Shown here in pieces: positions 57,301 through 64,000 of a DNA stretch of 64,000 nucleotides; positions within the stretch are counted from its first letter, which is position 1, and the number at the start of each line of letters is the position of its first letter. The notes beneath the pieces were generated by a model. The model made no database searches and had not been told where the DNA came from. It worked only from the letters and a program-made list of their open reading frames with translations. The position numbers and the translations under genes are program-made. Origin of the DNA: a virus; IMG/VR virus record IMGVR_UViG_3300045988_125731, positions 1-64,000 of that record. One strand, 5' to 3'.

Positions 57301-57518
57301 GTTAAGTAGCACTCTACTCCGTGTATGTATTTAAGCCCATTTTGGTCGCATAATTGCTTTTTTGAAACCCAGTCGTATAAATTACCGTGTTCCGTAAACG
57401 CAATCGATTTTTGACCCAATTTTACGGCTAATTCAACATAATCTTTGGCTTTAGTACAACTATCTAACAAAGATAAATCAGTATGTAAATGATAACATAC
57501 GTAATTATTTGTACTCAT
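54345..57518 (-). CDS. dnaE: DNA polymerase III alpha subunit (DnaE-type, PHP N-terminal domain)
   Basis: N-terminus CYHLHTDLSLLDS...IAFTEHGNLYD is a PHP domain. 1057 aa. No separate C-terminal tau-binding region recognised. Confidence 0.8.
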   Translation of the reverse strand: MSTNNYVCYHLHTDLSLLDSCTKAKDYVELAVKLGQKSIAFTEHGNLYDWVSKKQLCDQNGLKYIHGVECYLTQSLDNKIRDNYHTILLAKNYEGVKEINLAMSKASDREHYYYAPRITFDEFFQLSSNVIKISACLASPLNTYRKQNGNQSITISDETFYKLCQHYDYLEVQPHIKSQEQIEYNKWLARISKVIHKPLIAGTDTHSLNKHKAECRSLLMKYKGQSYGDEDTFDLTYKTYDELVECFREQGALTEEEYLSAIENTNVMADSVEEFTLDTSFKYPHISDNIEQDFLTKLYTMFKDKLAKGYIPLDKKQEYLDRIKEEYDVFNKLDMLSFMLFMSDLIGWCKSNNIPVGLGRGSVSGSLIAYILGITDVDSIEWHTIFSRFANENRKVLADIDVDVRDEDKPRIYKHIIDSFGLEHTAYVLSIGTIADRGTIDIVGKVLDYSFADIDKIKDEYDADESENKTDIRAKYPQLFYYFDGLVNTSISRSIHPAGILICPWTLPDNFGWVWDNSGENSKHILNLNMDESHELGILKYDLLSLVNISIIQQTCDLANIPFPNSKTLNWNDEEVWKHMLDSPVGLFQMNGDFAFSSLKKFEPHCISDIDLVTAAIRPSGASFRDKLFAKEWYKNPSPMIDELLKNNYGYLLYQEDCIAFLQQICGFSGGDADTVRRYICAKKEDKIAEWLPKILEGYCNKSDKPREIAEEEAKTFLKIIEDSASYQFNYNHAQAYSMLTYICAYLRYYYPHEFLTAFLNCAANNKDIQDGTSLAQQLGIPIYSIEFGKSKDNYAIGIENGHKIIYKGISSLKGFGTTDGSKLYEVAVNNSNLSFVELIPLLFQAVGKSKVQALAKLNFFRNFGKTAKICKILEAYIQLGDKVQLSKAKEYIVPISQLIPFCGGETPKQLKNFNSQSFLKFYWKMIPDEHLLLEERLNAELEYYTCIIYTNPEMKDFYFVTKIVEGHSKKNYTITVQHLYDASTKVYKCKDLNKLSVKPISVGSIFQLILDRQDRKWLLNPNFIEGGTERKFIQSNTEFEDILLDWNVVYTAPQKK

Positions 57519-57587
57519 ATTTAGTTCTCCTTTCGTTTACTTTTTTTCATTTGCTTCTATATAATTATATTCCGTTTAAATTTCTTT

Positions 57588-57992
57588 TTAAACTTCTTTA
57601 CTAATATCTACTACCATATAATTAGGAATATCTTTTACAATACTAACAATTTTTAATTTAAAATCTTTTGCAAATTCTAAAAAATCTTCAATAGCTGCAT
57701 AACAATCTTTAGCTTGTTCAACTTCTTCAGTAAGTAATTTTCCAAAATCTAAGAAATACTCTTTTATTCTATCTTCTTCATCTAAACTAATGCCGATGAA
57801 TACTTGCGTTGTAATAGGTTGGATATAACTATAAGCAAAAGAAATATGATTTTTTAATCCACCACTTGTAGTTATCTTTCCACCAAAAGTAGAAGTATTT
57901 TCAAACTTTACTCCACATTGCAACAACGCTGTGCTTATCGCCTCTTGAAAATCTCTAGCACGCATTTGATTATTTGTTATTTGATAAATCAT
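57588..57992 (-). CDS. hypothetical protein (134 aa)
   Basis: ORF. No motif. Confidence 0.4.
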   Translation of the reverse strand: MIYQITNNQMRARDFQEAISTALLQCGVKFENTSTFGGKITTSGGLKNHISFAYSYIQPITTQVFIGISLDEEDRIKEYFLDFGKLLTEEVEQAKDCYAAIEDFLEFAKDFKLKIVSIVKDIPNYMVVDISKEV

Positions 57993-59279
57993 TTATTCCT
58001 CCGTGTTTTTATTTGATTTGGCTCCCCAAATTTTATTAAAAGCAGAACCACCGATTATTTCTGGGTTAGTATCTCCAGCTTCTTCTCGTTCTTTCTTTGC
58101 TTGTAAATAAGCTTGATAAGGTTTATGTAACCTTGGAGAATATTCAGATAAGTTTTCAAGTCTATACACATCATCATATGTTACGTCTTGCCACCATAAA
58201 TTTTCATCTTTAGTTTGTTCATACAATTCTTCAAGATGTTCGATTTCTTTAATAGTCCCAACGATAAAGCCTTCAAGAACAATCTTTTCAGCTTCATTAT
58301 ATTCGATTGGTCGTAAACAATTAGAGAATGTAAATAACTTTTTAACTTCTTCTGGTAAACAATCTAAAGAATTACTCATACCAACTTCATAAAGATATTC
58401 ATTAATTTCATCTTCAGAATATTGACCTACTAAATTAAACTTTTTAGCATTATTAAAGATAGTTTTTAAAGCAGATTGCAGACCATCTTTATACATTCCA
58501 GACTCAGGGTCAAGCACTCCACCAATTTCATCTCGCTCTAACCTTCTAGACTTAATTTTACCATTGGCTTGTGGATATTCTACTTGAATATATTTTACAA
58601 AGTTCCACGCTAGATTAATATCTGAAATTGGAATGTTTTCGTTTTGTTGAAACGCAAGAGCATAGAACTCTAGTTGTCTTTTTAACTTTTCTGCTTTAGC
58701 ATTTTGATAGAAAGTTGAGGTTTTATAATCTATAATGTCTACTTTTCCATCTTCTTTCCAGTTCAAAAAGTCTATAAAGCATTGAATAAGATAATTTTTA
58801 CCTTTACTATCAGTTAACACACAAGGATAAAATTTTTCACATTCTACTAAACCCTCGTCCTTTACAACATTGGTTAAGAAATGTTTAACACTATTAACAA
58901 ACTTACGGGCTAATTTTTCATTAGCAGCAATACACGCTTGTTTAGTTTCTTCGTCTGCGTTAGGGTTAACATAAACAAAACTACGACCAAACATTTCTTT
59001 TGCTGCAATATAAGCACTTTCAAAATTAATTGTCATAGTTTTATTGTCTATATCAGTAGTATAAAACTCTTCCATTTGTGTATGTAAAGCAGTTCCTAAC
59101 GTTCCATAGATGCTATCTGCTCTATCTGGCTTTACTTTTAAAACATACTTTAAAAAATATGTCCATTTATCTTCTAAAAAACAATTAATTCTACTCCAAG
59201 AATAAATTTTATCTACTCCGTATTGAAAACGAAGTAAATCTAATGTATCTTTGTATTGTTGATTTTGATTATTAGGCAT
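57993..59279 (-). CDS. RecB-family PD-(D/E)xK nuclease
   Basis: Has the IDYKTS motif (the D-x-K of RecB/lambda-exonuclease-type nucleases). N-terminal YSWSRIN. Confidence 0.55.
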   Translation of the reverse strand: MPNNQNQQYKDTLDLLRFQYGVDKIYSWSRINCFLEDKWTYFLKYVLKVKPDRADSIYGTLGTALHTQMEEFYTTDIDNKTMTINFESAYIAAKEMFGRSFVYVNPNADEETKQACIAANEKLARKFVNSVKHFLTNVVKDEGLVECEKFYPCVLTDSKGKNYLIQCFIDFLNWKEDGKVDIIDYKTSTFYQNAKAEKLKRQLEFYALAFQQNENIPISDINLAWNFVKYIQVEYPQANGKIKSRRLERDEIGGVLDPESGMYKDGLQSALKTIFNNAKKFNLVGQYSEDEINEYLYEVGMSNSLDCLPEEVKKLFTFSNCLRPIEYNEAEKIVLEGFIVGTIKEIEHLEELYEQTKDENLWWQDVTYDDVYRLENLSEYSPRLHKPYQAYLQAKKEREEAGDTNPEIIGGSAFNKIWGAKSNKNTEE

Positions 59280-59601
59280 TAGCGTTCTCCCTTCTTTCTT
59301 GTGAAATAATAGCAGATAAAAGTTTAGAACTAATTTTAGTAGTTTCTGTAATAGGTAAGAATTTATGTGTGTGATAATATATTACATCAGCAGACACAAT
59401 ATATCCTGCTTCTTTTTGGCACCCACATTTATAATACCTATCATATATTCGCATTGAAAAAGGTTCTCTATCTCCTTTTTTATTACGAATTAAATTAAAT
59501 GTTATAAGACCCTTCCCATATATAAAAGAACATTTAAAATCTTCTATTTTAGGACACAAACTAAGGTCGAACAACATTTCCTTTGTAAATGGATTAGCCA
59601 T
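59272..59601 (-). CDS. hypothetical protein (110 aa from the MANPF start)
   Basis: ATG after an AAGGAGAG RBS. Overlaps the primase stop by 8 nt. Confidence 0.4.
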   Translation of the reverse strand: MANPFTKEMLFDLSLCPKIEDFKCSFIYGKGLITFNLIRNKKGDREPFSMRIYDRYYKCGCQKEAGYIVSADVIYYHTHKFLPITETTKISSKLLSAIISQERRENANA

Positions 59602-60637
59602 AAATTTTTCTCTCCTTAAATAATTTTTGATATTCTTGGTTGGTTTTATCAGCAGGACTTTCAGTTTCACCTAGAATGTTTTGCGTATCTAAGATATAAC
59701 TTAGTTTTCTTACGTTGTAAAATCTTCTACAAGTTTCTTGTAAAAATTCTTCTGGAATATCTTTATCAAACGCTACAATAATTTCCACACCTAAAGCCAC
59801 TAACATTTGTCTTTGTTTAGCAGTTATTTCGTGTGACCCTACAGCAACCCCCGTAAAATCTCCATAACTTGCTCTTTGTACTACTGATTTCTCAGCCTCA
59901 AAAACTACAACAAAACCAGCCTTTTTAATATCATAATAATTTTGGGCAAGTCCAAATAAATATGCTCCCTTATCAAAACCTTTTTCACAGCGATATTTAG
60001 GAATTCCTAATTCTTTTGCGTTAGGAATAGTTGTACGCCTAACAAAGCCTGCAATAGGTTTTTCAAATTGTTGTGGTGGAATTGCCCACTTAAACCAAGG
60101 AATAACAACTGCACTATTAATATTATCAAAGACTAAAGAATATCTTTGGCAAGCATCAAAAGTACAGCCATCATCTATCCAAGACTTATGAGGAAGTTTT
60201 ACATATTTATTTAGTTCACTCAACGGATACCCCTCTGTTTCAAGAGGTTTATTATTATATTTTTTACCCCTTGCTGCTTTATAAACGGCTAATACATCAG
60301 GAGTATTCTTTTTAACTTGATTACGGTCAAAAGGAAGTCCTAAAAGTTCGTGAACCTTTTTTAAAGCATTATAAAAAGAACAGTTGTTATTTAAGTAAGA
60401 AACGAAGTCGTAGATATTCCCATTTACACCACGAGAATACACATTTACAAATAACGTATCTTTTCTTACTGATACGCTTGTAGGATTATCTCCATCTGGT
60501 AATGCACATCTAATATCTTTTTGAAAAGATTTTGTTTCAATGTGCTTACAACCTAACTTTTCTAACAAAGGAATAATCAAATCATTGTTTATAATATACT
60601 GAGTTAATTCATTTGCTAACATAATTTTCCTCCTCAT
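59594..60637 (-). CDS. DnaG-like primase (zinc-binding motif plus TOPRIM)
   Basis: CALPDGDNPTSVSV resembles the DnaG CPFHxExTPSF zinc motif. TOPRIM is shown by the Glu in VVFEAEKS and by AFDKD. Confidence 0.6.
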   Translation of the reverse strand: MRRKIMLANELTQYIINNDLIIPLLEKLGCKHIETKSFQKDIRCALPDGDNPTSVSVRKDTLFVNVYSRGVNGNIYDFVSYLNNNCSFYNALKKVHELLGLPFDRNQVKKNTPDVLAVYKAARGKKYNNKPLETEGYPLSELNKYVKLPHKSWIDDGCTFDACQRYSLVFDNINSAVVIPWFKWAIPPQQFEKPIAGFVRRTTIPNAKELGIPKYRCEKGFDKGAYLFGLAQNYYDIKKAGFVVVFEAEKSVVQRASYGDFTGVAVGSHEITAKQRQMLVALGVEIIVAFDKDIPEEFLQETCRRFYNVRKLSYILDTQNILGETESPADKTNQEYQKLFKERKIYG

Positions 60638-60676
60638 ATAAATTATAAACCGTTTAAGAAATAAAAGAATAGTAAT

Positions 60677-61249
60677 CTATTCTTTTTTGCTCCAATTATA
60701 TACACCACAAGGAAACATTTCTGAACACTTTCCATTTCGATATATACAAAGCGGTACAAGTAATTCCTTTAATTCAGGGCAAACCTTTATTGCTTCATCA
60801 CACATTAATTTAACTGCTTCTCTAGTTTCAGGAGAAGCTTGATAGCACAAACGCTTGTGTGCTAGTTGAATTAATTCTTGAGCGTTAATAGAAAAGATAT
60901 GTGATACTATTTGACCTTGTGGAGCATTGTTTCTATCATACTTAGTTTGTCTATCATTTCTTTGAGTTTGCACATAATGATTACAACCTATATGATGTCT
61001 CACAAGATGAACACTAACCCAATAAGGAATTTCTAGTCGAAACCCAAACCACAGTTCTCTAATAGGGCTGTGTTCTGCTTTAAGTAATTTGCTCTTCCAT
61101 TCACTATCAACAGTTAGAGAAGAAGATTTTAATTTCTTCCCAACTGTATTTAAAGTGCATTGTTTAACCCACAACCAATCTTGTTCGGTTGGATATTTTA
61201 AAAGTTCTACTTTTATATCTTTAAATTTGTCACTGACTACTACAGACAT
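60677..61249 (-). CDS. ThyX-like protein (flavin-dependent thymidylate synthase family) with a divergent active-site motif
   Basis: FGFRLEIPYWVSVHLVRHHIGC aligns to ThyX [22 protein letters not shown]. The RHR is RHH here and the downstream Ser is not conserved. Confidence 0.45.
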   Translation of the reverse strand: MSVVVSDKFKDIKVELLKYPTEQDWLWVKQCTLNTVGKKLKSSSLTVDSEWKSKLLKAEHSPIRELWFGFRLEIPYWVSVHLVRHHIGCNHYVQTQRNDRQTKYDRNNAPQGQIVSHIFSINAQELIQLAHKRLCYQASPETREAVKLMCDEAIKVCPELKELLVPLCIYRNGKCSEMFPCGVYNWSKKE

Positions 61250-61488
61250 TAATTACCTCCCCTTTTTGTATATTGTTTTTTAGTATATTGTTTATTTATG
61301 TTGTGATTAATTGTTCGTGTATTTCTTTGTTGGTTTTTGGTTTTGGCGAACTCTAACATTCGATTTAACGCACTCTCACAATACATTTCTCTTTTAGGAT
61401 TGTTGACCAACGCCCAATCATCGCATACTTGTTTTTCTGTTCGTGGATTAAAAATAGAACAGAATTGACATCGTTCACATTTGTTCAT
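61249..61488 (-). CDS. small zinc-finger protein (79 aa)
   Basis: CERCQFC...C...C pattern. Confidence 0.45.
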   Translation of the reverse strand: MNKCERCQFCSIFNPRTEKQVCDDWALVNNPKREMYCESALNRMLEFAKTKNQQRNTRTINHNINKQYTKKQYTKRGGN

Positions 61489-61503
61489 TTTTATTTCTCC
61501 TTA

Positions 61504-63087
61504 TCAACTAAAAGGGACAAGCGTATACCCGACTTCTTTAAATATATTTCTGGAATAGTCGGCTTCAATTACTATTTGTCTCTTTTCAGCTTCTCCATTA
61601 CGATTTTTAACAATAAAAACTAATAGATAATCTTTTGCTGGGTCTATTGCTACAGGAACTACGTGTTTCCCATCAACTAAAGTTACAACATCTAACTCTG
61701 CTTTATTACGCTTATAAGAACTACTAGCCTTAATATCGGCTACAGTTTTACCTTCTACACAAGCAGGATTTTCTAACGGTTTTTCATCATCAAACATTCT
61801 ACGTATCATAAGGTAAACGCTCATTACGTTTGCCATTGCTTTACTGCCAGCCGTGTTATCTTTAGTTAAATAACGTTGTCTAACATCGGCAGTTCTAAGT
61901 TGTAAAGTACAAAAGATATGTAAATTTTTATTTTCAGGTTTAATAACATCATAAATATTGGTCATATTCTTACGTAATAATTCCCACTCATTGTCATTAA
62001 ACTCTGTTCCATCTTCTTTAAAAGTATCAATTGCGTAGTATTTTACACCTTTGCTAGCGTATTGTTTAATACGTCTAATAACTTCTTTACAATTAAAAAC
62101 ATCAACTGGAACAATTGTAATAAGTTCTTGGTCTTTCATCTTTTTAAGCCATTCTCCAGCGTCTATAATTAGCTGCTTTTGTTCGGCTGTTAAAGATGAC
62201 CCATATTTCATTTTACCTTTAGCCATATCTTTTTTGAATACATTATTTATTACCCAGGCAATAAATTCGATTTGCCACTTTTGACGACTTTCTTCATTAA
62301 TAAAGATGACTGCTGGTTCTCCGTAATTAATTAACGATGTAATATAAACATTACGCATAAAAGTAGATTTTCCTACACCTGTAGGAGCCCCTAATCCAGT
62401 AATATCACCCAAAGAACAACCGTTAGTAAGTTGTGTTAGAAAAGGCATTTCATAATAGGGTAGTCCGACCATTTCATCACTAAATAGTTTTTGAATTGTA
62501 TCGTCTATTCCATCAGATAAATCATAACCCTTTAAGTTATTACTTGCTTTAACAAAAGAATTATTGTTAAGATAATCATAATAATCATATATCTCATCAT
62601 ACGTCATATCAATAAAAGTGGAAAATTGCTTTTCAGTAATATATTGACCACTTTCTATTTTACGATATAATGCTTCCCATTTATTATTGTTGTCTATATA
62701 ACTTTCAATATTGTCAGCATTAACATATTCACTAGAAAGCATTTGAATTGTTTCCCAACCACCAGTATTGTCATATACTTCTCTAAGTTTTTGGTGTTTT
62801 TCAAGGTATAAATTAATTTCAAGTTCATCTATATGTTCAAACTTTTCATTTTTCATACCTTTAATAATTTCAAAATAAACTTTCCATTTATTAATACGAA
62901 AATCTTCTAAAGTTAAAGTATCATAATCGTAAATTAGGTCTGGATTTTGATATAAGCAACCAACGATATAACTTTCACTAATGTTCTTGTTGTCGTATAA
63001 TTTTTGCTGAACTCTAGTAAGTTCGTCTGGAGTATTAGATGAAACATTTTGTTGTGCTTGTTGCATATACTCTCCTCCTATTTCCAC
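61504..63087 (-). CDS. DnaB-like replicative helicase
   Basis: Walker A GLGAPTGVGKST within a DnaB C-terminal domain layout. Helical N-terminal domain. Confidence 0.75.
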   Translation of the reverse strand: MEIGGEYMQQAQQNVSSNTPDELTRVQQKLYDNKNISESYIVGCLYQNPDLIYDYDTLTLEDFRINKWKVYFEIIKGMKNEKFEHIDELEINLYLEKHQKLREVYDNTGGWETIQMLSSEYVNADNIESYIDNNNKWEALYRKIESGQYITEKQFSTFIDMTYDEIYDYYDYLNNNSFVKASNNLKGYDLSDGIDDTIQKLFSDEMVGLPYYEMPFLTQLTNGCSLGDITGLGAPTGVGKSTFMRNVYITSLINYGEPAVIFINEESRQKWQIEFIAWVINNVFKKDMAKGKMKYGSSLTAEQKQLIIDAGEWLKKMKDQELITIVPVDVFNCKEVIRRIKQYASKGVKYYAIDTFKEDGTEFNDNEWELLRKNMTNIYDVIKPENKNLHIFCTLQLRTADVRQRYLTKDNTAGSKAMANVMSVYLMIRRMFDDEKPLENPACVEGKTVADIKASSSYKRNKAELDVVTLVDGKHVVPVAIDPAKDYLLVFIVKNRNGEAEKRQIVIEADYSRNIFKEVGYTLVPFS

Positions 63088-63644
63088 ACTGAATTTAATT
63101 CTTCGATTAGTGGATTTTTCTTTTTTGTTTTTGGCTTGTAAGTTAAAGTGTTATAACTTTGATTTAAGTTTTCCGTTGTGAGTTGTGATACATTATTAGA
63201 ATTTTCTCTTAACTTTTTACAACGTTCTTCTATTCCATTAATATATTGTTCTAAGATATAACACAATAAATTAATTTTATGGTTCTCATCTACCGCTTTT
63301 TCAAATGCTTTAATAAGTGAAGCAGTGCAATAAACACTTGTCCAATACACTGCTTCGGTTGAATAAATTTGTTTTAATTCTTCTGGGTGCTTAGCACTAG
63401 GTTTACGGAGATATTTTTGACCATATGCTAAACCTTTAACTCTTAAGATTAATGCCTTAGGAAGTTTTTGTTCTTTCGTATATTGAAAAATATTTGTTTT
63501 AATATATTCAAATACATCATTCCACGCTTTATTTAAAGGTGAGTCAGACTTATCTTCTTCACTTTTTTGTAGGGACTTTTGAGTATTTGTTACACCTTTT
63601 GGCAAGGAGTTTGATGTGTTCTCTACACTTTTCTTACGTGCCAT
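63078..63644 (-). CDS. hypothetical protein (188 aa); candidate helicase-associated factor by position
   Basis: Overlaps the DnaB-like start. Basic N-terminus. Confidence 0.35.
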   Translation of the reverse strand: MARKKSVENTSNSLPKGVTNTQKSLQKSEEDKSDSPLNKAWNDVFEYIKTNIFQYTKEQKLPKALILRVKGLAYGQKYLRKPSAKHPEELKQIYSTEAVYWTSVYCTASLIKAFEKAVDENHKINLLCYILEQYINGIEERCKKLRENSNNVSQLTTENLNQSYNTLTYKPKTKKKNPLIEELNSVWK

Positions 63645-63719
63645 ATAAATTATACCTCCGTGTTATAAAGTTTCAAAAATAGGGCTATTTTAAGGCTCTA
63701 TTTAAGGTTTTATTGTTTA

Positions 63720-64000
63720 TTATGCTACATCATCAGGAATAGTTTTTACAAACTCAAGAATTTGTTTTGTTTGTTCTTCAGTAATATCTTTAAGTGAAGG
63801 CTTAGCTCCTGTTTCTCTAATATATTTTAAGATTTCTGGCATATGTTTACTCTTCTTAGCGATAGCCCCTCTAATAATTTTAGCTCTTGCTACTTCAGGA
63901 CTTTCTTCTACAGGAGTAGGAGCAGGTTCAACTGGAGTTGTAGCCACAGGTGTTGTATTAATTGCAGGGGTTGGTGCTACAGGAGTTTCTGTTTTAACTG
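63720..64000 (-). CDS. C-terminal part of a gene extending beyond the window (Pro/Thr-rich linker plus a 60-aa C-terminal domain)
   Basis: The frame stays open upstream of the GTG at 63945-63947 to the window edge (PAINTTPVATTPVEPAPTPVEE). Confidence 0.4.
   Translation of the reverse strand, partial: VKTETPVAPTPAINTTPVATTPVEPAPTPVEESPEVARAKIIRGAIAKKSKHMPEILKYIRETGAKPSLKDITEEQTKQILEFVKTIPDDVA

Noticed and set aside
5017-62284. Assorted 60-125-aa antisense ORFs from the track (5017-5235, 6956-7195, 7977-8189, 8629-8814, 9809-10033, 11576-11872, 12041-12352, 13419-13610, 14763-15118, 18411-18644, 19157-19534, 20282-20476, 20871-21080, 24524-24751, 25164-25442, 25974-26204, 27314-27541, 35850-36056, 37963-38160, 38487-38684, 38929-39120, 45924-46112, 46557-46778, 53239-53451, 53735-54061, 54495-54695, 56810-56992, 61089-61283, 61429-61623, 62051-62284)
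   Set aside because: All are embedded in or antisense to longer, better-supported genes. They lack RBSs and have skewed low-complexity composition typical of AT-rich antisense frames.
1-64000. Temperate lifestyle (integrase, CI-like repressor, attP)
   Set aside because: No recombinase or repressor-like gene is visible in the window, so no call can be made. These genes may lie outside the window.

Overview
This window reads as a near-complete section of a linear double-stranded DNA phage genome from an AT-rich, low-GC host of Firmicutes type. It is siphovirus-like in organisation and uses the standard genetic code. GC is visibly low overall; no exact value was computed. Both ends carry partial genes, so the genome continues outside the window.

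Layout:
- 1-2.7 kb: four or five short leftward early genes. Each has its own promoter, a GC-rich palindrome in the 5' UTR and its own terminator.
- 2.7-4.65 kb: a 1.9 kb non-coding region full of repeats that looks like a replication origin (phased A-tracts, iteron-like AAGAACTYT repeats, a 70-nt polypyrimidine tract, a GC-rich hairpin cluster).
- 4.65-12.6 kb: a rightward early/middle block. It holds an SF2 DECH-box helicase, a tiny very acidic protein, a large gene that appears to be split by a roughly 338-nt group I self-splicing intron, an HU/IHF-like protein, and a protein with a C-terminal metallophosphoesterase domain.
- 13-48 kb: the packaging, head, tail and lysis modules. These include terS and terL candidates, portal, a strong terminator after the capsid gene, a second after the major tail protein, two full-length tandem paralogous tape-measure genes, a BspA-type leucine-rich-repeat protein inside the tail module, and families of tail proteins sharing C-terminal modules.
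- 49-64 kb: a leftward replication/recombination module. It holds a RecU-like resolvase, a RecD2-like helicase, a DnaE-type PolIII alpha, a RecB-family PD-(D/E)xK nuclease, a DnaG-like primase, a ThyX-like protein with a divergent active-site motif and a DnaB-like helicase.

No integrase, repressor or endolysin could be recognised by eye.

Most interesting: the group I intron with a clear internal guide sequence, P7 and S element and reading-frame restoration; the ori-like structured region; the repeated operator grammar of the early genes; the duplicated tape-measure gene.

All calls are by-eye motif and synteny reasoning; no database searches were run. A few coordinates in the ORF track versus the printed sequence may differ by 1 nt. 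One such mismatch was seen at gene 23344.
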